The notes beneath the pieces were generated by a model. The model saw only the letters and a program-made list of their open reading frames with translations, had not been told where the DNA came from and did not search any database. The position numbers and the translations under genes were made by a program. Below, piece by piece: positions 1-10,662 of a stretch of DNA of 64,000 bases. The first letter of the stretch is position 1. Every line of letters begins with the position of its first letter. This DNA is from Desulfatiglandales bacterium (GTDB lineage: Bacteria > Desulfobacterota > DSM-4660 > Desulfatiglandales > Desulfatiglandaceae): assembly GCA_963666345.1 (NCBI GenBank), contig OY762721.1:3456001-3520000 (forward strand), in the 5' to 3' direction.

Positions 1-1
1 G

Positions 2-1147
2 AAAAAGGCCCCGAAAGACCTTCCCGCTGTGTCTTTGAATCCCGACGAACATCTCTGTTATATCCTCTACACCGGCGGCACTACCGGTTTTCCAAAGGGG
101 TGCATATCGACTCATACCGGCATGGTTTCCTTTGTGAACGAGGTCCGTGATCTGGGAGCAGGGCATATAGAGGATGGAAAGGAGGTATTCATAATGGTCA
201 ACCCCCTTTTCCATCAGCTTGCCCAGGGAATCATCCTGGGGATGGTGCTTACCAGAGGGAACACCGCGGTGCTGATGCCCATACCACAGGTAGACCCCAT
301 TCTTGACGCAATAGAAAAACACCGGGGAACGCTTTTTCTCGGGGCGCCTACTCTTTACAGAATGATGCTTGAAAACGACCGCCTTGATTCTTTTGACCTG
401 AGTTCCCTTAAATTCTGCTGGAGCGGCGGGGATGTGCTTCCTCTTGAGGTATACAACCGCTGGAAAAAGAAGTTCCATTTACCGATACATCAGGTGTACG
501 GCTCAACAGAAGTGGGGTTTACGGCCATGAGTCCGCTGGACAGGGAACCGGTTCCCGGGAGTGTGGGGCGTCCCCTTCCATCCAGGCAGACAATGATCGT
601 GGATCCCGAGACCTTAATGCCTGTTGAGCCGGGAAAGGCGGGGGAACTCCTGGTCACCTCCGAGTACATGTCCACCAGCTACTGGAACAAGCCTGATGAG
701 ACGGCCGCCTCCTATGTGGAGATAGAAGGAAGGACCTGGTACCGGATGAACGACTACGTGAGGGAGGATGAGGGGGGAGAGATCTTCTACGTGGATCGAA
801 GTGCAGACGTGATAAAGTACAAGGCCTACCGGGTGTCCTGTTCGGAAATAGAAGCGGTGCTTCAGGACCATCCCGCGGTCATAGGGGCCTGTGTGGTGGG
901 TGTCCCCGATTCGGCGGTGGGTGAGCGGATAAAGGCCATCGTGGTTCTCAAGGAGGATGTGCGAGGCGTAAGCGGATCGGACCTGATGAAATGGTGCAAG
1001 GAGCACCTGGCTTCATACAAGATTCCAAGGTATATCGAATTCAGGGACATGCTCCCTAAATCCAAGGTGGGTAAGCTTCTGCGCCGTGATATACGGGACG
1101 AGGAACGAAGAAGACAGGGTAAGGGTGCCAAGTCGATAAGCGTATAG
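2..1147 (+). CDS. AMP-binding acyl-CoA synthetase (long-chain fatty acid-CoA ligase family), 5'-truncated by window edge
   Basis: YTGGTTGFPKG P-loop, YGSTE, DR..D.IK, EIE.VL..HPAV, LPKSKVGK; frame open to window start. Confidence 0.9.
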   Translation, partial: KKAPKDLPAVSLNPDEHLCYILYTGGTTGFPKGCISTHTGMVSFVNEVRDLGAGHIEDGKEVFIMVNPLFHQLAQGIILGMVLTRGNTAVLMPIPQVDPILDAIEKHRGTLFLGAPTLYRMMLENDRLDSFDLSSLKFCWSGGDVLPLEVYNRWKKKFHLPIHQVYGSTEVGFTAMSPLDREPVPGSVGRPLPSRQTMIVDPETLMPVEPGKAGELLVTSEYMSTSYWNKPDETAASYVEIEGRTWYRMNDYVREDEGGEIFYVDRSADVIKYKAYRVSCSEIEAVLQDHPAVIGACVVGVPDSAVGERIKAIVVLKEDVRGVSGSDLMKWCKEHLASYKIPRYIEFRDMLPKSKVGKLLRRDIRDEERRRQGKGAKSISV

Positions 1148-1404
1148 GCGTTAAGCGGAAACTTCCTTGAAAAACAAAACGAGCTGTTCCGGCAGCGGAT
1201 GATCATTCCCGGTTGCAGCTGGTCTGCATCCGGCCGGCCTCCCCGGTCCTGCATACAGGTTTTCCTTCCGTCGGTTCATTTCTACGGCCCCGGGCCTCTT
1301 CTCTCAACCAAAGAAACAATGACATGATGCCACCGGGTGTGCTGGCTTTGGCTACTTCATGAATGGCCTTTTATTGCGTTTTCTGCGCTCAAAAACCCCG
1401 TTTA

Positions 1405-1418
1405 TTGACTTAAGTCAA
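1405..1418. promoter_or_regulatory. CRP/FNR-family (HcpR-type) operator TTGACTTAAGTCAA
   Basis: Perfect TTGAC-N4-GTCAA palindrome 62 nt upstream of ORF 1480; identical box upstream of hcp. Confidence 0.75.
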
Positions 1419-1479
1419 GCAGGTTAATCGGAAAAAGGGTATACTGGAATTATTTCGAGAAAGAAAAGGTCCTTTATTT

Positions 1480-2277
1480 ATGATAAAATGGAATAGCGAA
1501 GCAAATGAGGCCTTAAACAGAGTCCCTTTTTTTGTGAGAAAGCGGGTGAGGAAACGGGTCGAGGAGGAAGCCGTCCGTTGTGGTTGCCGTGAAGTGACCA
1601 TCCGGCATGTTGAGACATGCAGGAAAAAATTCCTTAACCTCATGGAGGATGAGGTCAAGGGTTTTCAGGTGGAAACCTGTTTCGGCCTGGACGGTTGCCC
1701 GAACAGGGCGGTCGATTCCGACGGCCTGCCTGAAAAGATCAAAGAGGTCCTTTCAAAAAGGCACATGAAGTCGTTTCTAAAAGAGCGGGTGAACGGCGCC
1801 TTAAAGATGCACCATGAATTTCGAATCTCAATCTCCGATTGCCCTAATGCGTGCTCCCGTCCCCAGATAGTCGATATAGGGCTCATAGGGGCCTTGAGGC
1901 CGGAAGTTACGGATGAACCCTGCACCCAGTGCGGGGCGTGCGTGGAGGCATGCAGGGAAAGCGCCGTTTCCATCAAGGAAAATACCCCGGTTGTGGATTA
2001 TTCCAGGTGCCTTTGCTGCGGACAGTGTGTCCGGGTTTGTCCCACAGGTTCAATAAAGGAGGCGCAACAAGGCTACCGCGTCATGGTGGGAGGAAAACTT
2101 GGAAGGCATCCAAGGCTGGCGACACAGTTGGGTGGAATCCATACCCCTTCTGAAGCCCTGGAGGTAATGGAGGGTTGCCTGGATCATTACCAGAGCCACT
2201 GCGTAAAAGGAGAGCGGTTCGGCGAGATTCTGGAGCGAGAACCTTTACCCACTTCACGTGCGTCCATTGATTGTTAG
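1480..2277 (+). CDS. Nitrite/sulfite-reductase-like Fe-S protein: N-terminal PCP_red-like domain, NIR_SIR domain, 2x[4Fe-4S] ferredoxin insert
   Basis: W..EA...L..VPFFVR..VR..VE N-terminus; CFGLDGCPN...CPNACS (CX5C...CX3C); two CxxCxxCxxxC motifs; GGKLGRHP. Confidence 0.8.
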   Translation: MIKWNSEANEALNRVPFFVRKRVRKRVEEEAVRCGCREVTIRHVETCRKKFLNLMEDEVKGFQVETCFGLDGCPNRAVDSDGLPEKIKEVLSKRHMKSFLKERVNGALKMHHEFRISISDCPNACSRPQIVDIGLIGALRPEVTDEPCTQCGACVEACRESAVSIKENTPVVDYSRCLCCGQCVRVCPTGSIKEAQQGYRVMVGGKLGRHPRLATQLGGIHTPSEALEVMEGCLDHYQSHCVKGERFGEILEREPLPTSRASIDC

Positions 2278-2617
2278 CGCCTTTATAAAGCAATTTGAGA
2301 AGGCCCCTGATAAAGGCAGGGGCCTGATAGTACCCGTCCATCCATCATCTTTCAGGATTTCGGCATCAAGAAGCAGCATCACTATCGCGTCCTTCTATTG
2401 ATTTTATTAACCCCATTGATCTCATTTGATTCTCTTTGCTTAACTCCACTGCCTCTCACCGGGTTTCCTCCTTTGCTTTATGCTCAGACCCCAGGCTTTG
2501 GGCGCCTGTCTCCGGACGATTGAATCTGAAAATATATCGCATCCCCTGATCGAAAAACAGCCGATAACCTGAATCGATTTATGGATGGAGCTGAATGGCC
2601 AAGAAAAAATCTCATTT

Positions 2618-2631
2618 TTGACTTAGGTCAA
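2618..2631. promoter_or_regulatory. CRP/FNR-family (HcpR-type) operator TTGACTTAGGTCAA
   Basis: TTGAC-N4-GTCAA about 107 nt upstream of ORF 2738. Confidence 0.75.
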
Positions 2632-2737
2632 GGAGATATTTTTTTCCATATTCCATAATGCTCCCGAGATTGCGATATGAAAGCCGCAAACAACCGCATC
2701 AATATTTTTACTTAAAATGGGAGGTTAAGCTTTAACC

Positions 2738-3433
2738 ATGGAATGGGAAGACAAAAAGGATTTGTTCAAGGTGGTGGATGTAAGAGAAGTTACGACCAAC
2801 TTTTTACCCGGGCTTCTCAAAAAGGCGGGGGAGGTTGAAGTGGGCGACGGGATGTGCGTGGTTCAGACCTTTGAACCCATCCCCCTTTATTCAGCGATGG
2901 CCTCTCTCGGTTTCGAGCATATTACCGACAAGATCTCGGACAATGAATACCGGGTATATTTTTACAGGGAAGAAAATAAGGAGGCGCCGTTTCCCGGTAC
3001 CGGTGATGTCCCGCTTAAACCGACAGCCATGCTGAATTTCAAGAAAATAGATAATTCTCTGGCCGATATAGCGGTAAATTTCTGGCATTTGACCTGGGCA
3101 AAAGAGGCTCCTGCAATTGATCTGAAGACGAAATTGCTTCTGTCACTTGCAAACGGGGCGGGTGCGGGCAGATATCGCCAGGCAACCCGTGAACTGGTAA
3201 AGGCGTATTCACTCGGTGTTACCGTGGGTGAGCTGGATGAGCTTTTTTCATTGCTTGTATGGAATGGCGGGATAGGAACCTTCGCATCGGAGATAGGTAC
3301 TTCAACCCTGTTCGGCGCATACCAGTCCATAAAGACCCTTGAAGGCAAAGGGAAAACACGGAAAGAGGTGATGAGTGAGCTTATGGAAAAATTCGGCGAG
3401 AAAAACCCGGAAGTCAAGGTGACGGCAACGTAA
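2738..3433 (+). CDS. DUF2249-domain protein fused to a carboxymuconolactone-decarboxylase/AhpD-like helical domain
   Basis: DVRE...FEPIPLY..M...GF (DUF2249 pattern); ID.KTK.LL.LA...A..LGVT..EL.E (CMD-like); GGAGG RBS. Confidence 0.65.
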   Translation: MEWEDKKDLFKVVDVREVTTNFLPGLLKKAGEVEVGDGMCVVQTFEPIPLYSAMASLGFEHITDKISDNEYRVYFYREENKEAPFPGTGDVPLKPTAMLNFKKIDNSLADIAVNFWHLTWAKEAPAIDLKTKLLLSLANGAGAGRYRQATRELVKAYSLGVTVGELDELFSLLVWNGGIGTFASEIGTSTLFGAYQSIKTLEGKGKTRKEVMSELMEKFGEKNPEVKVTAT

Positions 3434-3560
3434 GATCAGGGTGCGGTTCACCGAGCACCCGCCTGCCCGTTATCTATAGTGTTGCAGCGGGCGGGCAGTA
3501 TGGAAAGGGTGGGTCTGGGCCTGAAAACGATAACCCCTGAGATCCAAAGGAGACACGGAT

Positions 3561-4739
3561 ATGAAAGCAAGAAAAATAAAAGACCGCATTTACTGGATGG
3601 GTTCCGTGGATTGGGACAGTCGCCTGTTTGACTCTCTTATCCCCCTTCCGGACGGAACCAGCTATAACGCTTATCTCATTGAAGGAAGTGAGAAGACCGT
3701 CCTGCTGGACACGGTTGATCCCCCCATGGCCGATGAACTCATGGCACAGCTTGAGGGCATCCCCAGGATCGATTACGTCGTCTCACACCATGCGGAGCAG
3801 GACCACTCAGGAACCATCCCTCGTGTGCTTGCAAGATACCCGGACGCAAAGCTCATATCAACCCCCAAAGCAAAGGCAATGCTGATCGATTTTCTGCAGA
3901 TACCGGGGGAGTCTTTCATAACCGTCGAAGACGGGGAGGCCCTGTCTCTCGGGGATAAGACCTTGAAGTTTATTTATGCCCCCTGGGTTCACTGGCCTGA
4001 GACCATGGTGACCTATCTGGAAGAAGACAAGATCCTTTTCAGTTGTGATTTTTTCGGCTCCCACATCGCAACGTCTGATCTTTTGGTCAACGATGAAGGA
4101 CGAGTCTATGAGGCGGCCAAGCGCTACTTCGCCGAGATCATGATGCCCTTCAGGTGCGTGATAAAAAAGAACCTGGAGAAACTTGCGCCTTACGATATCG
4201 AGATGATAGCCCCAGGTCATGGTCAGATATTTCCCGATCCGGCATTTATTTTGGATGCCTACCGTGACTGGATCCTCGGTCCTCCCGGAAACATGGTGGT
4301 CCTGCTCTACGTGTCCATGCACGAAAGCACGAAGCAGATGGTCGACCATCTTGTTGCTGCTCTTGTGGAAAGAGGCGTCAGGGTCGAACAGTTCAACCTG
4401 GCCGTAACCGATATCGGAAAACTGGCCATGGCCCTGGTTGATGCGGCAACAATCGTCGTCGGTACCCCCACGATCCTGGCAGGCCCTCATCCTTATGCCG
4501 CCTATGCCGTGTTTCTGGCAAATGCCCTGCGACCCAAAACAAGATTTCTCTCCATTATCGGCTCCTACGGCTGGGGAGGAAAGACCGTGGAAACACTTGC
4601 GGGAATGATCCCCAATCTCAAGGTAGAAGTCCTCGAACCCGTCCTTTGTAAAGGCGTGCCTTTGCAGGAGGCGTTTAAGGCATTGGATGATCTGGCTTCT
4701 GCGATTTCACAAAAACACAAGGAGAATGATTTCGTTTAA
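3561..4739 (+). CDS. fprA: Flavodiiron protein (FprA/ROO family; NO/O2 reductase)
   Basis: GTSYNAYLI, HHAEQDH, HWPE, SCDFFG, PGHG diiron motifs; C-terminal flavodoxin with GSYGWG. Confidence 0.93.
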   Translation: MKARKIKDRIYWMGSVDWDSRLFDSLIPLPDGTSYNAYLIEGSEKTVLLDTVDPPMADELMAQLEGIPRIDYVVSHHAEQDHSGTIPRVLARYPDAKLISTPKAKAMLIDFLQIPGESFITVEDGEALSLGDKTLKFIYAPWVHWPETMVTYLEEDKILFSCDFFGSHIATSDLLVNDEGRVYEAAKRYFAEIMMPFRCVIKKNLEKLAPYDIEMIAPGHGQIFPDPAFILDAYRDWILGPPGNMVVLLYVSMHESTKQMVDHLVAALVERGVRVEQFNLAVTDIGKLAMALVDAATIVVGTPTILAGPHPYAAYAVFLANALRPKTRFLSIIGSYGWGGKTVETLAGMIPNLKVEVLEPVLCKGVPLQEAFKALDDLASAISQKHKENDFV

Positions 4740-4820
4740 CAGCGGTTTAAAATCGTGACCCATTTTCTGAAGGCCTCTGCAATTTCAAAAAAACCTTGGG
4801 TCCGAAAAAAGGTGACTGTC

Positions 4821-4834
4821 TTGACTTAAGTCAA
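4821..4834. promoter_or_regulatory. CRP/FNR-family (HcpR-type) operator TTGACTTAAGTCAA
   Basis: Perfect palindrome about 90 nt upstream of hcp, the canonical HcpR target. Confidence 0.85.
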
Positions 4835-4923
4835 TGCGGTGCTCCTGTTTGTGACATAAAACGGGTCTCAATAGCGGGTATCGTATTTCGAAAAGCAACT
4901 AACCTTAATAGAGGAGGGGGATC

Positions 4924-6588
4924 ATGTTCTGTTTTCAGTGTCAGGAGACAGCCAAAAATACCGGCTGCACGGTTAAGGGAGTCTGCGGGAAACCTGAGGA
5001 CCTCGCTAATCTTCACGATCTGTTGATTTACGTGTTGAGGGGCATCTCCATATACGGCGAAAAGGCGGAAGAGATCGGGGTTTTCGACAAAAAAATCGGC
5101 CTGTTTATTGCGCAGGCCCTTTTCGCAACCATTACGAACGCGAACTGGGAAAAACAGTGGTTTGTCGATGAAACAAGGGCGGCCCTGAACATTCGCGAAG
5201 AACTAAAGGCCCGGTTTCTTGCCGCATACAAGGAAAAAAAGGGTGAGGAGTTCTCAGAGCAGCTTCATGATTCGGCTGTATGGTATTCGGATGATGAGGC
5301 GGAATTTGATGAGAAGGCAAAATCGGTTGGGATCCTTGCCACGGAAAACGAAGATGTGCGATCGTTGCGGGAATTGCTTATCATCGGTCTGAAGGGCGTT
5401 GCGGCTTATGCGGACCACGCGGCTATCCTCGGATTTGAAAGGGATGATATCTACCGGTTCATGATGGAGGCACTTGCCTCCACCACCAGGGACCTTTCCG
5501 TGGATGAAATGGTGGCCCTTGTCATGAAATGCGGAGAAACAGCGGTTAATACAATGGCCCTTCTTGATGAGGCCAATACGAGCGCCTACGGGCATCCGGA
5601 GATAACAGAAGTTAATATCGGGGTTCGCGGCAATCCCGGAATTCTTATCAGCGGTCATGATCTAAAGGATATGGAGGAACTTCTCAAGCAGACCGAAGGA
5701 ACCGGTTTGGACGTCTATACGCACGGTGAGATGCTGCCTGCGAATTACTATCCGGCATTTAAGAAATACGATCATTTCGCAGGCAACTACGGCGGCTCCT
5801 GGTGGCGGCAGAACAAGGAGTTCGAATCATTCAACGGTCCGATCATACTGACTACCAACTGCCTTGTTCCTCTAAGGAAAGAAAACACATATCTGGACAG
5901 GCTCTTCACCACCGGAGTGGTAGGGTACCCGGGCGCAAGGCATATCCCTGACAGGTCCGAAGGCGGAGCAAAGGACTTTTTGGAAGTCATGGAACGGGCA
6001 AAGAAGTGCGCCCCTCCCGTTGAGATCGAAACGGGAAAGATCGTGGGCGGATTCGCTCACAACCAGGTCCTCGCACTGGCAGATAAGGTCGTTGACGCCG
6101 TTAAATCAGGTGCGATCAAGCGCTTTATCGTAATGGCAGGCTGCGACGGCCGCCAGAAGGCAAGAAACTATTTTACCGAGGTGGCCGAGCAGCTTCCCTG
6201 CGACACGGTCATACTGACTGCGGGGTGCGCCAAGTACCGCTACAACAAACTCGATCTGGGCGATATCGGAGGCATCCCGAGGGTGCTTGACGCGGGGCAG
6301 TGCAACGACTGTTATTCCCTCGCTGTAATCGCTCTCAAACTCAAAGAGGTCTTCGGGCTTGATGATATAAACGAGCTTCCGATCTCCTTTGATATCGGAT
6401 GGTATGAGCAGAAGGCGGTCGCGGTTCTTCTGGCCCTCCTTTTCCTAGGGGTCAAGGGGATTCGTTTAGGACCCACACTCCCTGCATTTGTATCTCCTAC
6501 AGTGCTCAATGTGCTGGTTGAGAAGTTCGATATCAAACCGATTGGAGAGGTTGCGGCGGACATCGAAGCGATGATGGCCGGAAAGTAG
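4924..6588 (+). CDS. hcp: Hybrid cluster protein (hydroxylamine reductase / NO detoxification)
   Basis: [62 protein letters not shown]. Confidence 0.97.
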   Translation: MFCFQCQETAKNTGCTVKGVCGKPEDLANLHDLLIYVLRGISIYGEKAEEIGVFDKKIGLFIAQALFATITNANWEKQWFVDETRAALNIREELKARFLAAYKEKKGEEFSEQLHDSAVWYSDDEAEFDEKAKSVGILATENEDVRSLRELLIIGLKGVAAYADHAAILGFERDDIYRFMMEALASTTRDLSVDEMVALVMKCGETAVNTMALLDEANTSAYGHPEITEVNIGVRGNPGILISGHDLKDMEELLKQTEGTGLDVYTHGEMLPANYYPAFKKYDHFAGNYGGSWWRQNKEFESFNGPIILTTNCLVPLRKENTYLDRLFTTGVVGYPGARHIPDRSEGGAKDFLEVMERAKKCAPPVEIETGKIVGGFAHNQVLALADKVVDAVKSGAIKRFIVMAGCDGRQKARNYFTEVAEQLPCDTVILTAGCAKYRYNKLDLGDIGGIPRVLDAGQCNDCYSLAVIALKLKEVFGLDDINELPISFDIGWYEQKAVAVLLALLFLGVKGIRLGPTLPAFVSPTVLNVLVEKFDIKPIGEVAADIEAMMAGK

Positions 6589-6812
6589 AAAGACATTGAC
6601 GGAGCCCGGATCATTACAATGATTTTTTATGCCGTACTTCCGGGTCCCGTCATAATCCTTAAGTAATGAAGTATAAAACAAAATCGGCAAAGGCATTAAA
6701 GGCGATTATAAAGACAAGAAGACGCAGCGGTAAAGCAATATTTACCTGGAATATCTTTTGTAACCAGGTTGGATAAGAATTTGCTTTTTTTATAAAATGC
6801 ATCACGGATAAT

Positions 6813-7463
6813 TCATGGTTCGGGATCCGGATCGGTTCCACTTATATATGAAGGGGCTTCCTTGTAATTTTTGAAATCCCCGTACATAGTTCGGGAAGGG
6901 AAGTATTCCGCCTTCATCTGAACGATTGCGGCGGCCTCGTCTCCTGCGATATATTGAATCAACGAAAGGGCCAGGTCGATACCTGCCGATACCCCGGATG
7001 CAGTCCACACACTTCCCTGCCTTACGATTCTTTCTTCAACGACCTTTACATCGCCGCATTTTCTTAACCTGTCAAGAGAGGCCCAGTGTGTGGTGGCCTT
7101 TTTCCCTTCAAGGAGCCCTGCCTTCTGCAGTATGAATGATCCTGTGCAGACGGACAGGACAATCCTACACTCCCCGGCCTTTTGGGCGACAAAGTCCATC
7201 AGGCGCGAGTTGTGCACCTCTTTTCTTGTGCCTTCACCACCCGGCACAAGCAGGAAGTCGAGCCGCGGGCATTGGCTGAATGTGGCATGGGGCTTCAGCC
7301 TTATGCCCTTTGCGCATTCGATGATCCGGGAGGTCTCGGATATGGTGATGCATGTATCCGGCCCATTTGCATATTTATTCCACAGGGTGATCATTTCCCA
7401 CGGCCCGATAAGGTCAAGCTCCTCAACACCTGGAAATACGAGAAAACCGAAATTCATGTTCAT
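6813..7463 (-). CDS. DJ-1/PfpI family protein (isonitrile hydratase/ThiJ-like)
   Basis: EELDLIGP, LVPGG.G, SVCTGS, ATTHW, SGVSAGID; start moved to ATG 7463 (AAGGGGG RBS). Confidence 0.88.
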   Translation of the reverse strand: MNMNFGFLVFPGVEELDLIGPWEMITLWNKYANGPDTCITISETSRIIECAKGIRLKPHATFSQCPRLDFLLVPGGEGTRKEVHNSRLMDFVAQKAGECRIVLSVCTGSFILQKAGLLEGKKATTHWASLDRLRKCGDVKVVEERIVRQGSVWTASGVSAGIDLALSLIQYIAGDEAAAIVQMKAEYFPSRTMYGDFKNYKEAPSYISGTDPDPEP

Positions 7464-7701
7464 ATCCCCCTTGATTTCAGGAATCACAAACGATGTGTGC
7501 TCTGATGTATCATGCGTCAGGAATATGCTCTGCTCATGGGTCGAGAGTCCTGCCGGCATTATAACTGCAAATATGGGTTCGTGGGGTATAAGGAATCAAC
7601 GCATCTGATAAGGGCAGTGACTAGGGAGAAAGTGCCAGTGGCGCTGTTCGGCAGGGCACCTGGATAAAGCGTAAAGTAAAAATACCCGGCGATATCGCAT
7701 G

Positions 7702-7741
7702 AAAGGGGTCTGCGTCCTGTTAGGACGTAGGCCCCTTTTTC
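7702..7741. terminator. Intrinsic terminator hairpin downstream of the 7756-8091 gene
   Basis: AAAGGGGTCTGCGTCCT-GTT-AGGACGTAGGCCCCTTT stem with A/T tails. Confidence 0.7.
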
Positions 7742-7755
7742 TTTGACCCTTGATT

Positions 7756-8091
7756 CTAGCGCCTACCGCTCATTCCCCTGCCTGAGATGCCTCTTCCGGC
7801 AAGCGGATTATAGAGTTTTATAATCGCGAATTTCATGACATCCAGGGACTTCATCTCCAGGATGATATTCATCAGGGTGTTGTTTCCTTCTTCAGGAAGC
7901 ACGCAGGCATTGTTGGAATCAAAGGTCAGGTCTTCAAATCCCTTGATTAGTTTTTTCTGGTCCTTTTTGGTCATACCCACCTGAAGGGCCTTTTTACCGT
8001 CAATTTCCTGAATCTGGTCCGCGAGACCTATCTCTTCGATCTTTTTGAGTTTTTCATCATCCAGGAACAAATTAATGTAAAAATCAGCCAT
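7756..8091 (-). CDS. Hypothetical protein (111 aa)
   Basis: Clean ORF with GAGGAGG RBS, protein-like composition, own terminator. Confidence 0.75.
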   Translation of the reverse strand: MADFYINLFLDDEKLKKIEEIGLADQIQEIDGKKALQVGMTKKDQKKLIKGFEDLTFDSNNACVLPEEGNNTLMNIILEMKSLDVMKFAIIKLYNPLAGRGISGRGMSGRR

Positions 8092-8340
8092 AATAAGACC
8101 TCCTCTTAAAAGAAATTAAAAGCAAGAAAACCATTGGCTATTCTCCTTTGAAACAGGGGCTTAACCATGCAATCCCAAGCGTTTATGAAACACTTGACCC
8201 TCAATCTGTCTGGAATGACATCTTAGTAATACTTTGATGCAGTTATGTCAACTTTACGTTCAGATAACCCAGTCCAATAAAAACCGGATTCTCCACAAGT
8301 TCGTTTTTAGGTATATGCATATCCCTGCAAGATTCAGCGT

Positions 8341-8688
8341 TTATTTGTAACGGACCTCAGCCAATCTTCTGGGTGGGACCCGTTTGAATTTATATTTGGG
8401 ATAGCCCATGGTGATGCCGGCATAGACCTCACGGTGCTCAGGCAGGTCAAGCAGTTTTCTTATATCCGGAGACCTGTTGCACGCAGACGGAATTAAATCG
8501 TTAAAGCATGTCCCTATACCCATGACCTGTGCCATCATAATGGAATGAAAGGCCGCAATGAGACAATTTTCCGCCCCCATCGGTTCGTTTACGGGGCTGT
8601 GAAACAGCATCAATGCCGGGCAGTCTCTAAGGATTTCATCGCTTTTCCCGCCTCTGTACCAACGGATATACCAGTGCATGCCCTGCAC
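8341..8688 (-). pseudogene. C-terminal fragment of a nitroreductase-family protein
   Basis: AENCLIAA...MMAQ.MGIGTCF...RKLLDLP...GITMGYP matches a nitroreductase C-half; N-terminal RRS.R half is absent. Confidence 0.65.
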
Positions 8689-8818
8689 AGATCCTGATTG
8701 ATGCTTAACGTCATTATCGTTCCTGCCGAATTTAGATAAATGGTTAAAATGCCTTTATCCCCTCATTTGAGATGGATGTAAAAAGGGCCTGTTTAGCAAG
8801 AAGTTATGATAAACCTTA

Positions 8819-9595
8819 TCACTTTCTGTTAAAAATATCAGCCAGAGGGAGTGAAAGACCTACCTCGGGCTGATAGCGCAGGTAGGCCGGAATCGGATAC
8901 CTGATGCCTGTTTCGTGGGTTCTGGAAAGGCCCTGAACCAGGGCTTTAAGAAGTGATGCCGGTAGGGCATATATCATCTCATGATCCTGTGTGGCGGCCC
9001 AGACCCTGTCCCCGTTGCCGGGCACCACTACCTTGGGGCTTTTGTCCAGATAGGCCCCGAGCACTCCCTCGGTGCACGACGCGGCACGGCCTGAGTGCGA
9101 ACAGATAAGGGGCTTTCCCTTTTTCCGGGTAGCGGCGTGAAGACAGCGCATGAGCTGGGCCGGATTAAGGTAGATCAACACGACATCAGGTCCCACTTTG
9201 GTCCATTCAAGGGGGGAATAGACCACCGCAGAGCACCTGCCGGGCTCGAGGGTCCTCAAGGATTCAAAGAGACTGACGGCCGCGTTCCTGTCGGTCGCGT
9301 AATTCATGCGCGTGAAAAAATCGACGGCCCCCTCTGTGTCAGCTGGCTTCCAGCCGTATGTGTGCCCTGAAATCGCACAGCCCAGGTCATCGGGGGTCAT
9401 GGCCAGGGTCCAGCCGTATCTGCGGGCGATGGTTGATGCCTGACAGTGGGCGATTTTTGCTTTCAGGTCTTTTGCGGGAGTGCGGGTTCCTTCAGGAATC
9501 TCGTCTTTGCGGGATAAAAGCCGAACCGCCAGGGGGAACGTACCGGGGTTGATGTATCGTCTCAGTCCTCTGCCGAGTTTGTGCCATTTTTCCAT
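8819..9595 (-). CDS. DUF169 family protein
   Basis: T.PLAV.L, HCQ....ARRYG......DD.GC, PDVVLIY.NPAQ.MR, GRAASC, PG.GDR. Confidence 0.8.
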   Translation of the reverse strand: MEKWHKLGRGLRRYINPGTFPLAVRLLSRKDEIPEGTRTPAKDLKAKIAHCQASTIARRYGWTLAMTPDDLGCAISGHTYGWKPADTEGAVDFFTRMNYATDRNAAVSLFESLRTLEPGRCSAVVYSPLEWTKVGPDVVLIYLNPAQLMRCLHAATRKKGKPLICSHSGRAASCTEGVLGAYLDKSPKVVVPGNGDRVWAATQDHEMIYALPASLLKALVQGLSRTHETGIRYPIPAYLRYQPEVGLSLPLADIFNRK

Positions 9596-9759
9596 AAGGG
9601 GGCTCCTTCCGGATTTTTTTGAGACATTGCAAAAAGTTTACCTGAACATATGGAGTGGCGGCGGAATAGCCGGCAGGTGCCGTAATCCATAATGAAACTG
9701 TACGACGGGTTTCAGCCGGCCGCCCGAAAATATTTCCCGGCATGTCCGGGAAAATCGCC

Positions 9760-10578
9760 TTACTTCACAACCGGAGAGGCGTTTTTGTCAAACGGGTTCA
9801 TGCGAACTGCAAGGGAGAAAAGGTAAGGAAAAAGCTTTTTTAAAGAGTGCATGTATTCGAGCCAATAGCGGATAAGGAGCCTGTAGGCCCTTTTGATATC
9901 TCCTGACAGATGCTGATAATCGGTCTTTGGGAGGTCATCCAGGTTTTGCCTGCTCATAAGCTCTTCTCTCAGGTGAAAGATCGCCCTCAGGAGTTCCGTG
10001 AAAGACTCGTTTTCAAGAAGATAGGGGCTTTCAAGCAGGCGGAGGAGTGTGTTCCCCCTTTCTTCCAAAAATCTACGAAGCTCGTTAAGGTCTGCCTTGC
10101 GGGCATCGATATCAAAACCATATCTGCCGAGGGACCTTGAAAGATCGGAAAAGTCTTTTGCCGTCCACTTAGAATCGATCAGAAAGTCCTGCCTCACCCG
10201 GGCAATGTCCGTATCGAACTTGATGAAGCGTGAAAGCAGTCCTGTGCCGAGTTCACTGAAGAAGATTCCGAGGAGCATATGGAGCTTCTGCATTCGAACC
10301 TGTTTGTCGTGCCTGCTCAGGAGCATGTCCGTGGCATTTGCTATCAGGCCGAGAAAGGTCCCCACGCCCGATATGATGATCATTACCGCTAGAAATTTCC
10401 CGATGGGGGTTACGGGATGAATGTCTCCGTAGCCCACCGTTGCCATGGTCACTATGCTGAAGTAAAGCGCATCTATGAAGGATACCTTTTCAGCGTAGGA
10501 AAACCCGATAGCCCCAAGGACCATAACGCTCAAGAGAACCGAAAGGTAAATGCGAGTGCGCGTTTTTACCAAATCCAT
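9760..10578 (-). CDS. Two-TM potassium channel family protein with helical C-terminal domain
   Basis: DALYFSIVTMATVGYGDIHP selectivity filter flanked by TM helices. Confidence 0.88.
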   Translation of the reverse strand: MDLVKTRTRIYLSVLLSVMVLGAIGFSYAEKVSFIDALYFSIVTMATVGYGDIHPVTPIGKFLAVMIIISGVGTFLGLIANATDMLLSRHDKQVRMQKLHMLLGIFFSELGTGLLSRFIKFDTDIARVRQDFLIDSKWTAKDFSDLSRSLGRYGFDIDARKADLNELRRFLEERGNTLLRLLESPYLLENESFTELLRAIFHLREELMSRQNLDDLPKTDYQHLSGDIKRAYRLLIRYWLEYMHSLKKLFPYLFSLAVRMNPFDKNASPVVK

Positions 10579-10662
10579 GCGTTACTCCAATGAATAGAAC
10601 CTTCACTCAGATGAGAGGGCAGCCACAATATCCCGCGGACCAGATCCCATCCTGTTCGGTTT

